Shown: positions 1-9,211 of the stretch, in pieces | Numbering within the stretch: the stretch's first letter is position 1 | How the letters are laid out: each line of letters begins with the position of its first letter | Virus record (IMG/VR): IMGVR_UViG_3300037422_000298 | Reading direction: 5' to 3' (one strand) | Length of the DNA: 64,000 nucleotides | Source: a virus | Taxonomy: Duplodnaviria > Caudoviricetes | Notes under the pieces: model-generated | The model's database searches: none | Told to the model about the DNA's origin: nothing | The model's input: the letters and a program-made list of their open reading frames with translations, nothing else | Made by a program: the position numbers and the translations under genes

Positions 1-904
1 TCGCGTCGGTCAGCATCTCTCGGAGCGCGTGTTCCTGCGTTACCCGGCAGTCATCTGTGTTTCTGCCACGCTGACTTCGGGCGGCTCGTTCGATTTCATC
101 CGCGACGAGCTTGGTCTCGTCCATCAACCGATCGCTCCGGCGCTCCCTGTCGACGGCGACTTCGAACAGATCGAAGGCGCCAAGACGAGCAGCTGGAAGT
201 TCGGCCTGCACGGTGCCAAGACCAACACGCACGACACGAACGTCCTCGGACTTCGCGTGCCGAGCCCGTTCGACTTCGCCAAGCAGGCCAAGTTCATCGT
301 GCCACTCGGCATCCCGTTCCCGATCCCTGAGAACGACGCGATCTACAACCAAGCCGCCGCCAACGCACTCAAGACGCTGATCCACGACTGTCGTGGACGG
401 ACACTCGCGCTGTTCACCTCGTGGCGCCGTCTCAAGTACGTCGCCGAACAGCTTGCAGGCAAGATCGACTACCCGCTGCTTGTACAGGGCGACGCGCCGA
501 ACAAACTGCTCGCGCAAATGTTCCGCGAGCAGACCGACTCGGTGCTGCTCGCGACGAAGAGCTTCTGGGTCGGTCTCGATGTCCAAGGCGAATCACTGTC
601 GTGCCTCGTGATCGACAAGCTCCCGTTGGAATCGTTCGGCGATCCGCTGATCGACATGATGAAGCAGCGCCACCCGGAGACGTTCTGGGACGACTTCTAC
701 TTCCCGCGCGCCGCCATCGAGCTGGCGCAGGGCGCCGGACGCCTGATCCGGAGTACGCACGACCGGGGCGTGTTCGTTCTGCTTGACGCGCGAATCCTCG
801 CCAAGGCATACGGCGGCATGATGCGTCGATCGTTGCCTTTCGTCGGCTTCTCGAAGAGCCTCGCCGACGCAGGCAAGTTCCTCGCAGCAGGAGGCGCGCG
901 GTGA
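1..904 (+). CDS. DinG/YoaA-family helicase, C-terminal part (5' end outside window)
   Basis: SATL, SPFDF, LALFTS, ATKSFWVGLDVQG, IDKLP, QGAGRLIRS..DRG motifs of the DinG helicase C domain. Confidence 0.9.
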   Translation, partial: RVGQHLSERVFLRYPAVICVSATLTSGGSFDFIRDELGLVHQPIAPALPVDGDFEQIEGAKTSSWKFGLHGAKTNTHDTNVLGLRVPSPFDFAKQAKFIVPLGIPFPIPENDAIYNQAAANALKTLIHDCRGRTLALFTSWRRLKYVAEQLAGKIDYPLLVQGDAPNKLLAQMFREQTDSVLLATKSFWVGLDVQGESLSCLVIDKLPLESFGDPLIDMMKQRHPETFWDDFYFPRAAIELAQGAGRLIRSTHDRGVFVLLDARILAKAYGGMMRRSLPFVGFSKSLADAGKFLAAGGAR

Positions 905-1500
905 TCCGACTCGGCCCGTACGAAGGTCGACTGACGGACGCTGAGGGTCGCGAAGCGTGGCGCTTCACGAATTACATGAAGCGTAAGCCGAACGTCGCCG
1001 CGTACGAGGCGCGCCGTGTCGTGCCGTTCAGTGGCATTGCACGCGATCGGACGCGTGCACGCGCCAAGATGTCGGAGATCTTCATCCGGGAGCTATTCGG
1101 CGTTCCAATCGACATGGAGATCCACGACCGGGACGATTGCGGTGTCGACACGATCTGGAACGGCTACTGGGTGCAGATCAAGCGCTTTGGTACGCAGACC
1201 ATGAAGCGCGGTAACGTTTGTTTCGTGATGGAGACCAACGATCCGTACGCGGGCAAGCCGCCATGGGACTTGGGCTTCGTCGTCGAAGATGACGCGCGCG
1301 ATCCTCGCATCTGGCGCCTGGCGGGCTTCGTCACGCGAAAGAAGTGGCTGCTCGAAAGCCGCCTTCTCGAACATCTGCCAGTACCTTGTTGGGGCGTCAC
1401 GAAGCCCTACCCACCAGCATTGCTGGACATCATCAAACTGCCGTACGGACGTCCGCGTAATCCCCCGCGGCCATGGCCACCGACGCGCGACAACATCTAG
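901..1500 (+). CDS. hypothetical protein, possible PD-(D/E)xK nuclease-like fold
   Basis: GTGA overlap with the upstream stop; E...DCGVD...VQIK pattern. Confidence 0.45.
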   Translation: MIRLGPYEGRLTDAEGREAWRFTNYMKRKPNVAAYEARRVVPFSGIARDRTRARAKMSEIFIRELFGVPIDMEIHDRDDCGVDTIWNGYWVQIKRFGTQTMKRGNVCFVMETNDPYAGKPPWDLGFVVEDDARDPRIWRLAGFVTRKKWLLESRLLEHLPVPCWGVTKPYPPALLDIIKLPYGRPRNPPRPWPPTRDNI

Positions 1501-1508
1501 AGGAATTC

Positions 1509-2129
1509 ATGAGAGGCAAGTACGTTCTATTCGAAGGTCCCGACGGTTCTGGCAAGAGCACGCTCGCCGAAGCGTTCGGCACCGCGCTTCAGCACGCACG
1601 GCAGAGCGTACGGCGCTTGGCGTTCCCGAGCCACGAGTCGGCTGTCGGTCGACTGATCCGCGACACGTTCGAGGGTCGTGCCACGGTCAACCCAGAAGCG
1701 ATGATGTGGCTGTTCGCAGCCGAGGGCAAAGATCTCGAACCGCAAATCCGGCGACACGTGTCTGAGGGCGACTGGATCGTCTGCGATCGTCACTTCATGG
1801 CTTCTGGGCTTGTCTACCAAGGCGAAGTCCACGGTCCAGATCGCGTCGCGGCCGTCACGCAGCCTGCGAACTTCATCGTTCCCGATCGGATCTACCTCGT
1901 CGACGTTCCGGCCAAGGTAGCGATGGAGCGTCGAATGGCGCGGGGCGGATCGCGCAACGTCCTCTACGAACCCGAGAAGCTCGAACGACTCGACGCGATG
2001 TGCAAGGCGTATCGCGCACTGTGCGAACGGTTCCCCTCCAGCGTGATCCTCGACGGCACCAGGCCGATCATCGAGAACGTGAAGTGGATCTGGAGCAATC
2101 TCGGCCTAGAAGGTGCGCCGCCGTCGTGA
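1509..2129 (+). CDS. tmk: thymidylate kinase
   Basis: FEGPDGSGKST P-loop, AFP, IVCDRH, VYQG, PDRIYLVDV; GAGG RBS. Confidence 0.9.
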   Translation: MRGKYVLFEGPDGSGKSTLAEAFGTALQHARQSVRRLAFPSHESAVGRLIRDTFEGRATVNPEAMMWLFAAEGKDLEPQIRRHVSEGDWIVCDRHFMASGLVYQGEVHGPDRVAAVTQPANFIVPDRIYLVDVPAKVAMERRMARGGSRNVLYEPEKLERLDAMCKAYRALCERFPSSVILDGTRPIIENVKWIWSNLGLEGAPPS

Positions 2130-2395
2130 GCGATCTCGTCGAGCAGGCGCACGCCGAACAGCTCATGGCCGCGTTCGCGGTGGTGCTCACGCATCCCGCT
2201 GGCTTTGGCATCGAGCTATTTGCCGATCTATGGATCGACCGTCTCGAAGACGGTCGGTTCCGTGTTGCGCGCTACGACACCGCAGGGAAGTCCACGCACG
2301 AGGAGCTGTTCGACGATGTTCGGTCTGCGGTTGGGTACTACCTCGATCTGCGCGACAACTTGAAGCTGGGCGCCGATTACGAGGTCGTCGTATGA
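2126..2395 (+). CDS. hypothetical protein
   Basis: coupled GTGA start, plausible composition. Confidence 0.6.
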   Translation: MSDLVEQAHAEQLMAAFAVVLTHPAGFGIELFADLWIDRLEDGRFRVARYDTAGKSTHEELFDDVRSAVGYYLDLRDNLKLGADYEVVV

Positions 2396-2559
2396 AGCTC
2401 AGCCGTGTGACACGCGATCGATTGTTGCGGGAGCTACTCGTACGGAGCGCTGCTCCGCGCGAGCCGCGCGAACAACGTGACCGTGTGTCATCGGTTCTTA
2501 CCGCAGCAGCGAGCTTGCTGCTGACGATCCTCGCGCTGTATCTGTTCGCGAGGCTCTAG
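2392..2559 (+). CDS. small protein with C-terminal TM helix
   Basis: ATGA overlap; hydrophobic C-terminus. Confidence 0.5.
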   Translation: MKLSRVTRDRLLRELLVRSAAPREPREQRDRVSSVLTAAASLLLTILALYLFARL

Positions 2560-2566
2560 GGGGATT

Positions 2567-3544
2567 ATGGAGATCACAGAAGATCAACTGGTTGATGTGA
2601 TGCTGCCTGCACATGCTGAGACAGAAAAACGGCACAGCGATCAGGTTGTTATGTCGAAGGAAGTCATCGTTCCATCGCAGCTGAACGTGCCGAGTACGGC
2701 ACCACTGCTTCCACCGCGCGCAGGCTGCACGCCTCCGCTCAAGTGGGTCGGCAGCAAGCGTTGGCTCGTGCCGATGCTCGCACCGGCCATCTATGAACGC
2801 CTCGCCGTCACGCGCGGACGCTACATCGAACCGTTTCTCGGCGGTGGCGCGATCGCGCTCGATCTCGGGTTGCCCGGTATGATCCTCGGCGACACCTGCA
2901 AGCCGTTGATCACGACGTACCAGGCGATTCGGAAGAGCCCCGCGGCCGTGGCATGGGCGCTCAAGGCGCTCGTCGACAAGGGCACCGACAAGGAAAGCTA
3001 CCTGCGCGTGCGCGCGTCCGAGTCATCGAGCCCCGTACTCGCGGCTGCACGGTTTCTCTACCTGAACCGGTTCGGGTTCAACGGTCTCTATCGCGAGAAC
3101 AGTAAGGGCAAGTTCAACGTCCCTCACGGCGGCGATCGCTCGAATGCGAGCGTGCCCGGCGTCGAGATGCTCGAAGCCGTTGCGCAAGCGCTCAAGGGCG
3201 CTGACCTGCGTGTCGCCGACTTTCGTGAAACGATCGCGAAGGCTACACAGGGCGACGTTGTCTACGCCGACTCGCCGTACTACGAGACATTCAGCGACTA
3301 CACCGCCGGGGGCTTCGGTGAAGACGAACACTTCGCGCTCGCAACGGCGCTATTTGACGCCTGCGAACGCGGCGCCGTCGTGATCGCATCCAACAGCGAC
3401 CACGAGCGCATCCGTGAGTTCTACGCATGGGCTTTTGTCACGCCGGTTCATGAACGACACGCCGTGGGCGCAACGGCGGAGCGGCGCGGACTCCGCGACG
3501 CCGTCTTGATCGTCTCTGACGAAACCATTCTACGAGGAGCGTGA
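2567..3544 (+). CDS. dam: DNA adenine methyltransferase, Dam/D12 class
   Basis: LKWVGSK, YIEPFLGGGA, LYLNRFGFNGLYREN..GKFNVP; motif IV reads DSPY. Confidence 0.88.
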   Translation: MEITEDQLVDVMLPAHAETEKRHSDQVVMSKEVIVPSQLNVPSTAPLLPPRAGCTPPLKWVGSKRWLVPMLAPAIYERLAVTRGRYIEPFLGGGAIALDLGLPGMILGDTCKPLITTYQAIRKSPAAVAWALKALVDKGTDKESYLRVRASESSSPVLAAARFLYLNRFGFNGLYRENSKGKFNVPHGGDRSNASVPGVEMLEAVAQALKGADLRVADFRETIAKATQGDVVYADSPYYETFSDYTAGGFGEDEHFALATALFDACERGAVVIASNSDHERIREFYAWAFVTPVHERHAVGATAERRGLRDAVLIVSDETILRGA

Positions 3545-3545
3545 G

Positions 3546-3815
3546 ATGCCGGTTCGCACGGTTTATCCCGACGGTCATGTCTTTAGAGACGGCATGACGT
3601 TTCAAAATGTCCGCGACGCAATCGTCGCGGCGGGCAAAGCGAACATGTGGCACATCGCGCACGAGATGGCGCAACGCTACCGTGTGCAAGACATGATCTG
3701 CCTCAAGTGCGGCGTACCGAACTTGGTCTCGTCGCAGCACACCTACTTCACGTATCGCGACAAGGCGATTCGCATCTGTCTCAAGTGCAACGGTGGCAAC
3801 ATCACGCTGCGCTAG
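3546..3815 (+). CDS. zinc-ribbon protein (paralog family B)
   Basis: two CLKC pairs; VFRDG...A.EMAQRY motif shared with 58452, 58736, 26478. Confidence 0.7.
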   Translation: MPVRTVYPDGHVFRDGMTFQNVRDAIVAAGKANMWHIAHEMAQRYRVQDMICLKCGVPNLVSSQHTYFTYRDKAIRICLKCNGGNITLR

Positions 3816-4522
3816 CGACGCCGATCCTGACGAAGCCACCAGAAGCTCGTGATGCTATCGAGCGACGCCGGATTGAGTTGCCCGCGCGACGCCGCTTGGC
3901 GTGTTCCGTCTTCAGACAGTCCAAACAGATCGGACAGCTCGCGGTAACCATACGACCATCGATTTCGTCGCGACGATCGAACGTGAACGTCGGCAGGGAT
4001 CACTAGGTTGTCTGGGTGGTTGTTCCACGAGTTGCGATCGATGTGCTCGACCGCGCCTGAACCGATAACGCCGAACACCACGCAGCAGATCGGCGTGTAC
4101 TCGCGTCCGGTCCAGACCATGAAGTGATCGCCGTTGATCTTCGCGAACGGCTGCAGCGGACCGCCGTGCTGATCGCAGAGACTCGGTTCGAGGAGCGCCG
4201 TCTCGCAGCCTGGGAAACCGCACCGATAGAGATCGAAGCGTGGCCATCGTTCACGCCACTCCTTCAACGTCGCTTCGCCGCGAAGCGCCTGTACGACTTC
4301 CTCGTCGGTCAGCTTCATCGACCGTCGTGTGAGTGCTTCGACAACATAGAGCGCGGCCGTTCGTGCGTCGGTCGTCGTGCGAAGTTTCTTGCGCGTTGTC
4401 GACGGTGCTTCGTCAGCCGCGGCGGCGAGATCATCGAACGTGAAAAGTCGACAAGGTCCGCGTTCGCGATGCCGTTGTCCGAACGTCTTTCGCGGATTCT
4501 CGTTGGGTTTGAGAGTTGGCAT
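3812..4522 (-). CDS. HTH / Zn-finger / HNH-like / HTH protein
   Basis: FTFDDLAAAA, CGFPGC..LCDQH, EHIDRNSWNNHPDNL, YRELSDLFGLSEDGTRQ. Confidence 0.6.
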   Translation of the reverse strand: MPTLKPNENPRKTFGQRHRERGPCRLFTFDDLAAAADEAPSTTRKKLRTTTDARTAALYVVEALTRRSMKLTDEEVVQALRGEATLKEWRERWPRFDLYRCGFPGCETALLEPSLCDQHGGPLQPFAKINGDHFMVWTGREYTPICCVVFGVIGSGAVEHIDRNSWNNHPDNLVIPADVHVRSSRRNRWSYGYRELSDLFGLSEDGTRQAASRGQLNPASLDSITSFWWLRQDRRR

Positions 4523-4582
4523 CGCGTGTCGGTCGCGAGTGTACTTCAAACGTGACCGGGCGCGACGTGAAAGCATGACGTC

Positions 4583-4628
4583 GATCGCGCCAGCGATCAT
4601 CTTGACGACGTGGATCGCTCATGGGATC
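4583..4628. promoter_or_regulatory. tandem GATC boxes between divergent genes
   Basis: GATCGCGCCAGCGATC (4583-4598) and GATCGCTCATGGGATC (4613-4628). Confidence 0.6.
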
Positions 4629-4692
4629 GTCTTTACGTCACACCCGATAGAAGGCCGTCGCCGACTTGAGGGACAACCCGCAACAAGAGGAA

Positions 4693-4896
4693 ATGATCAT
4701 GATCGCAGCAAACCTGGGTGACGGTCTCGGCCGTCGTCGTCGTCGCCGTCGCTCTCGCGGCATGGGCGCGCTCCCCACCCTCGTCGGCCGTCGCCGCCGG
4801 GGCAAGGGCAAGCGCCGCGGTCGCAAGATCTGCATCCGCACGGCCGCGGGCAACAAGGTCTGCGGCACCCGGTGGCGCCGCCGTCGCCGGAAGTAG
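4693..4896 (+). CDS. protamine-like Arg-rich small protein
   Basis: AAGAGGA RBS; several poly-Arg runs; followed by a terminator. Confidence 0.75.
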   Translation: MIMIAANLGDGLGRRRRRRRSRGMGALPTLVGRRRRGKGKRRGRKICIRTAAGNKVCGTRWRRRRRK

Positions 4897-4925
4897 GCCC
4901 AGCGTTCCGGCGCTAGCCTGAGAGA

Positions 4926-4960
4926 GGGCCGCGTGCGATACGTCGTACGCGGCCCTTTTT
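4926..4960 (+). terminator. rho-independent terminator
   Basis: GGGCCGCGTGCGA-TACG-TCGTACGCGGCCC followed by TTTTT. Confidence 0.85.
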
Positions 4961-4991
4961 CGTCGATCCACCTTCCCGCGCGGGAGATCTG

Positions 4992-5282
4992 ATGCCCACC
5001 AAGAAAGTGTCCGCAGCCGACCGGCGACACGCCGACTTCATGATCAAGACGCTCGCGCCTGATTTGAAGGCGAGCGGGCGCACGCACACCGCCAAGGATG
5101 TCGCACGCTGCGGGCGCCTCATGAAGTCGGGTGGCCGCGATCGCGGCTACGCCAACTGGCTCAAGCGCACGTTGATCCCAGATCTGCGGGCTTCGGGACA
5201 GAAGTACACCGCGAACGATCTCGCACGCTGCGCGCGTACGATCTCGAATCAGCGCAAGCGCCGGAAGCGAAGGGCGCGCTAA
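4992..5282 (+). CDS. basic protein with internal duplication and Arg tail
   Basis: KTLAPDLKASG..TAKDVARC / RTLIPDLRASG..TANDLARC; GGGAG RBS. Confidence 0.75.
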   Translation: MPTKKVSAADRRHADFMIKTLAPDLKASGRTHTAKDVARCGRLMKSGGRDRGYANWLKRTLIPDLRASGQKYTANDLARCARTISNQRKRRKRRAR

Positions 5283-5512
5283 TGTCGAAGCGCGTCGAGT
5301 TCGCTGACCTGCCTGTCGGCTCCTGCTTCGCGTACGACGCGAGCAGCAAGCACGCCACACGGCGCAAGGTCGACGAGCGCCACACCGTCGTGATCCCCGG
5401 CAGTAAGAAGCCGTTTCGCGTCGACGACGTCGAGACGCGTGTCTTCACGAAGGCCTGTCCCGTCAACTTCGGCCGTCGTCGCAAGCGGCGCCGCACCAAG
5501 AGGAGTCGCTAG
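5282..5512 (+). CDS. small protein with NFG-RRRKRRR tail
   Basis: TAATG coupling. Confidence 0.7.
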   Translation: MSKRVEFADLPVGSCFAYDASSKHATRRKVDERHTVVIPGSKKPFRVDDVETRVFTKACPVNFGRRRKRRRTKRSR

Positions 5513-5514
5513 TC

Positions 5515-5793
5515 ATGGCGAAGAGGAAACGGCGCAGGTCTCTGCGCGGCAGCGAAGATCGCTACGTCGTCAGTGGCCCCGCCACGTGGCGACGCAGCCT
5601 CCACGCGTCGAAGAGTGCAGCGATCGATCAGGCGAAGGCCTGCTCGAAGAAGCATCCCAACGCGGTCTGTAAGGTCACGCAGGGCCTACCCGGCCTGCAG
5701 CGCACCGTCGCCGAGTGCAACCGCAACGAGTGCTGGTCCGCTGATGGCGGCGTCGGCAAGCGTCGGCGTCGTCGGCGCAAGGCGAGGCGCTAG
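5515..5793 (+). CDS. Cys-containing small protein with Arg-rich ends
   Basis: operon spacing; both termini basic. Confidence 0.7.
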   Translation: MAKRKRRRSLRGSEDRYVVSGPATWRRSLHASKSAAIDQAKACSKKHPNAVCKVTQGLPGLQRTVAECNRNECWSADGGVGKRRRRRRKARR

Positions 5794-5795
5794 TC

Positions 5796-6128
5796 ATGGC
5801 GGGGCGCAAGCGTCGTCGCCGTGGGCTCGGTAGCTCCGAGGCGATCCACACCAAGAAGATGTCCGAAGCGTCGTCGGAGATCGGACATATGGTCGCGCTC
5901 GTCACCAACAAGGCGCGCAACGGCCGGTGTGGTGCCGCGTCGAACGCGTACGGCTCGATGATGACCGCCTATGGCGAGTACCTCGCACACCAGGGCGCAG
6001 GCGGTCGCGCGAGTGCGCCTTCGCATGCTGCATCGATCCGCAAAGCCGCGACCGAGTTCAACAGCGCGTGCCTCGTCAACCACAGCCACACGATGACCGG
6101 ACGTCGGCGTCGCAAAGCACGGAGGTAG
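5796..6128 (+). CDS. small protein with Arg-rich ends
   Basis: operon spacing; GLG and MTG motifs. Confidence 0.7.
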   Translation: MAGRKRRRRGLGSSEAIHTKKMSEASSEIGHMVALVTNKARNGRCGAASNAYGSMMTAYGEYLAHQGAGGRASAPSHAASIRKAATEFNSACLVNHSHTMTGRRRRKARR

Positions 6129-6131
6129 GTC

Positions 6132-6395
6132 ATGAGCCAACTGCCGGGATCACCCACGTACCGTCTGCGCATTCACACTGGTCCGGTGAAGGAAGCGCGG
6201 CGTGGATTCGCGCGCGCCCTCAAGCGCGCCAAGGTCAAGGTCGTCGATACGGGCACCGAGCACGTGACCGTCGACGTCAAAGCGAACAGCTGCGACGACG
6301 CACAGTACCGTGTTGCGAAGGCACTACAAACGAAGGGTCTTCGTCGCATGTCGACGATGGCGTGGAGCGCGAGCTGTCAGCGGAGGAAGTCGTAA
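6132..6395 (+). CDS. small basic protein
   Basis: GGAGG RBS, operon spacing. Confidence 0.65.
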   Translation: MSQLPGSPTYRLRIHTGPVKEARRGFARALKRAKVKVVDTGTEHVTVDVKANSCDDAQYRVAKALQTKGLRRMSTMAWSASCQRRKS

Positions 6396-6399
6396 AGCC

Positions 6400-6753
6400 A
6401 TGGCCAAGACACTCGTCAGCGTCATCCGCCCCGGTGACAAAGTCACGATCGTCACGCCGCAGGGTCAACAACGTACCGGTCGCGCCGTTATGCGTTCATC
6501 GCACGGCGGTTGGGTGCTCAACATGGGCGGCAAGCACGGCACGCCCGGCATCGCCGACGACAGCAACATCGTCGCGGTCCGCGTTCGTGGAAGTTTCGGC
6601 GCCGTCACAAAACGCTGCGAGGTCTTTGCGACAGCCAAGCCGCGCGCGAAGCGTATGGAGTACGCAGGCAGCTTCGAGTCATGCTCGGCCGCCGAAGACT
6701 ACGCTGAATACCTGCGCAAGGGTGGTCACAGAGCCCGTGTGAAGAGGCGCTAA
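6400..6753 (+). CDS. small basic two-part protein (parts separated by SFG)
   Basis: GGAGG RBS; first part beta-rich. Confidence 0.65.
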   Translation: MAKTLVSVIRPGDKVTIVTPQGQQRTGRAVMRSSHGGWVLNMGGKHGTPGIADDSNIVAVRVRGSFGAVTKRCEVFATAKPRAKRMEYAGSFESCSAAEDYAEYLRKGGHRARVKRR

Positions 6754-6755
6754 CG

Positions 6756-9206
6756 ATGGCCGCGATCATTCCACACCTCGAAGTACCGTCCGATATCACG
6801 CCACTCGAACGTGCGTACGACATCTGCGCCGGTTCGATCAACGGCGCGTCGCTCGGCGAAGATTTACCATCCTGCCCGTCGCCAAACGCGGTCCTCGCGG
6901 ACGCACATGCTGGCTTGCTCGGCATGGTGTACGTGCGTGAGGCCGTGTTCCAGAGCTTGATGACCAAGCAGTTCGTCGTGCGTCCCGGCGACATCAAGGG
7001 CAAGGACACGCGGAACGTTTACCTCGTGCTCGATCAACCGATCGGTCCCGGCCCAGCGTGGAACCCGGCGACGAACCCCAATGTGCAGCAATACCAGCTG
7101 CTGTCGTGGACGTCGAAGATGAACACGCCGTCGTGGTCATTGCCTGCAGGCTCGCCGCAGATCGGCGGCGCGTGTCCTGGCGCCGTTGCTGGACAGAGCA
7201 TCGTGCCGGAGAGCGCGCTGCGTGCAGCCGCACGCCACGTCAACCGCGGGCTCGGGCGTTCCAGCGAGACACCCGTCAACCTCGCACAGTGTATCTGCGA
7301 ATTCTGTGTGACCGGTGACACGAAGGTACTCGTCGAGGGTCGTGGTTGGATTCCGATCGAAGAGCTTGTCGGCGCCAACGTTCGCGTCTGGTCGGGTATC
7401 GGTTGGCGCGACACGCATGCTGTGTTTCGCGGCGTCAAACCTACCGTTCAACTGACGACGTCGTGGGGGCACACGATCCGCGCGACGGCAGATCACAAGA
7501 TCTTGACGGTCGATCGCGGCATGGTGCCGATCGAAGAGCTGAAGGAAGGCGATCGTCTCGTTTTCCAGCCGCCTGAGGAAGGCCGGTGGCCGACAGTGGC
7601 GCCGATCGTTGGTTACACGCCGTCAGGACATCACAACGAGATCGACTACGAGAACATGCCGCGTGAGTGGACATTCCAAGTCGGGCTGTTTGCGGGCTAC
7701 GTACTCGGCGATGGGAACATTTACGGAGGCAAACACCCAACGGTCAGTCTCGTAGCGTCCGAAGCCGATCGCGACGACCTCGAACGTCTGCGCAACGTCG
7801 TGAATCGTTGGTGTGAGACCGACGCTTCGGTTACCGTGCGCGAGCACGCGCCCAACGGATTTACATCCAAGTTGACGCGTTCGGCGCATCTCGCCTTCCG
7901 TGTAAAGGCCATCGCGCAACTGCTCACGGCGATCGGGCTCGACAAGTCCGTACCGCCGGAGGCGCGCCGCGTCCCGAACACGTTATGGACGGCGACACAG
8001 GAGGGCGTTCGCGGATTCCTCTGCGGGCTCTTCTCGACTGACGGGTCAGTGAGCCTCTCCAGTTCCAAGTTCGAGCTGTCTCTCGCGTCCGTCTCCGAGA
8101 CATTGCTGCGCGATGTTCAGCTATTGCTCATGAGCTTCGGTATCCGCTCGACGATCTGCGCCTACGAAACTTCGAACAGGCGGCGGGTCGTACAAGGTTA
8201 CCGCCCGCTCTATAAGCTCTCGATCAGTAGCATCGGACACGTTCGACTGTTCGCAGATCGCATCGGTTTTTGGAATGCGCGCAAGCACGCCAAGCTCCTC
8301 GAAGGCCTCGAACAGAACGCTGACGTCACAACGCAGCAGAAGTACCCCAAGGTTGAGGCAATCACCTGGCTCGATGAAGAAGAGGCCGTCTACGACCTCA
8401 TCAACGTCGGTGAAGAGCATCACTTCGTCGCCAACGGCATTACCGTGTCGAACTGCTACGCAACAGGCGGCCAGTACAGCACCGGCCAAGTTCAGTTCGC
8501 GCAGTTGTTGCGCTTTCTGTGGGCACGTCAGGCGATCAACTTTCCGGCGCAGGCACCGGACGGCTCGATGTCGACGGCGTTCGTCGAGACGATGGTCTAC
8601 GCGATCAACAGCGCGGACTACAAGCTCGGTGGTGGCACCGTCAAAGGCGAGGGTGCCGAGGCGACGCAGGATCTGCCGCCGGAACCGAGCGGGCGACGCT
8701 TCTTCCGCATTCACGACTCCGGTGACTTCTTCGAAGAGGAGTATCTTCGGCAGTGGAAGGCCGTCGCCGATCGACTGCCCGACATCACATTCTGGGCACC
8801 GTCGCGCATCTGGGCCACGAGCTGGGGCACCGACGCCGTCAACCGCTACAACCGTGACCAACGAAACCTGATCATTCGACCGAGCGCCTACGAAGTGAAC
8901 GAGCACGGTCCCGAGAACCTCGGGCCAGGCTGGGCAGGTCCGACGACGGTGATCGCTGTGCAGCAGAACCTCGGCATGACGCCGGAGCGCGAACAGTACG
9001 TCTACGATCGCGCCGCGCGTTTCCCGCCAAAGATGACCGGTCCGGATCCGCGCTACACCTGGAACTGTCAGGCATACGCAACCGAGGATCAGAAGCACAC
9101 GTGCCGCAAAGCCGTCGCACCGCCCGGCTTTGGCGGCCCTGACGGCAAAGGCTGTCGTGCGTGTTGGGTCGCGACCGACGAAATCGTCAACTACTCACTG
9201 CACTGA
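6756..9206 (+). CDS. GP88-like Cys-rich phage protein interrupted by an intein
   Basis: SKM..PSWSLPAG, CPGA, C..CYA, FFRIHDSGDFF, C-terminal CRAC. Confidence 0.75.
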   Translation: MAAIIPHLEVPSDITPLERAYDICAGSINGASLGEDLPSCPSPNAVLADAHAGLLGMVYVREAVFQSLMTKQFVVRPGDIKGKDTRNVYLVLDQPIGPGPAWNPATNPNVQQYQLLSWTSKMNTPSWSLPAGSPQIGGACPGAVAGQSIVPESALRAAARHVNRGLGRSSETPVNLAQCICEFCVTGDTKVLVEGRGWIPIEELVGANVRVWSGIGWRDTHAVFRGVKPTVQLTTSWGHTIRATADHKILTVDRGMVPIEELKEGDRLVFQPPEEGRWPTVAPIVGYTPSGHHNEIDYENMPREWTFQVGLFAGYVLGDGNIYGGKHPTVSLVASEADRDDLERLRNVVNRWCETDASVTVREHAPNGFTSKLTRSAHLAFRVKAIAQLLTAIGLDKSVPPEARRVPNTLWTATQEGVRGFLCGLFSTDGSVSLSSSKFELSLASVSETLLRDVQLLLMSFGIRSTICAYETSNRRRVVQGYRPLYKLSISSIGHVRLFADRIGFWNARKHAKLLEGLEQNADVTTQQKYPKVEAITWLDEEEAVYDLINVGEEHHFVANGITVSNCYATGGQYSTGQVQFAQLLRFLWARQAINFPAQAPDGSMSTAFVETMVYAINSADYKLGGGTVKGEGAEATQDLPPEPSGRRFFRIHDSGDFFEEEYLRQWKAVADRLPDITFWAPSRIWATSWGTDAVNRYNRDQRNLIIRPSAYEVNEHGPENLGPGWAGPTTVIAVQQNLGMTPEREQYVYDRAARFPPKMTGPDPRYTWNCQAYATEDQKHTCRKAVAPPGFGGPDGKGCRACWVATDEIVNYSLH
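7305..8453 (+). mobile_element. intein with LAGLIDADG homing endonuclease
   Basis: starts CVTGDT, block B ATADHKI, FAGYVLGDG and FLCGLFSTDG, ends FVANGITVSN before Cys+1. Confidence 0.92.
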
Positions 9207-9211
9207 TCATC

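Noticed and set aside
4693-6128. Poly-Arg tracts as eukaryotic nuclear localisation signals
   Set aside because: Shine-Dalgarno sites, sigma70-like promoters and operons indicate a prokaryotic host
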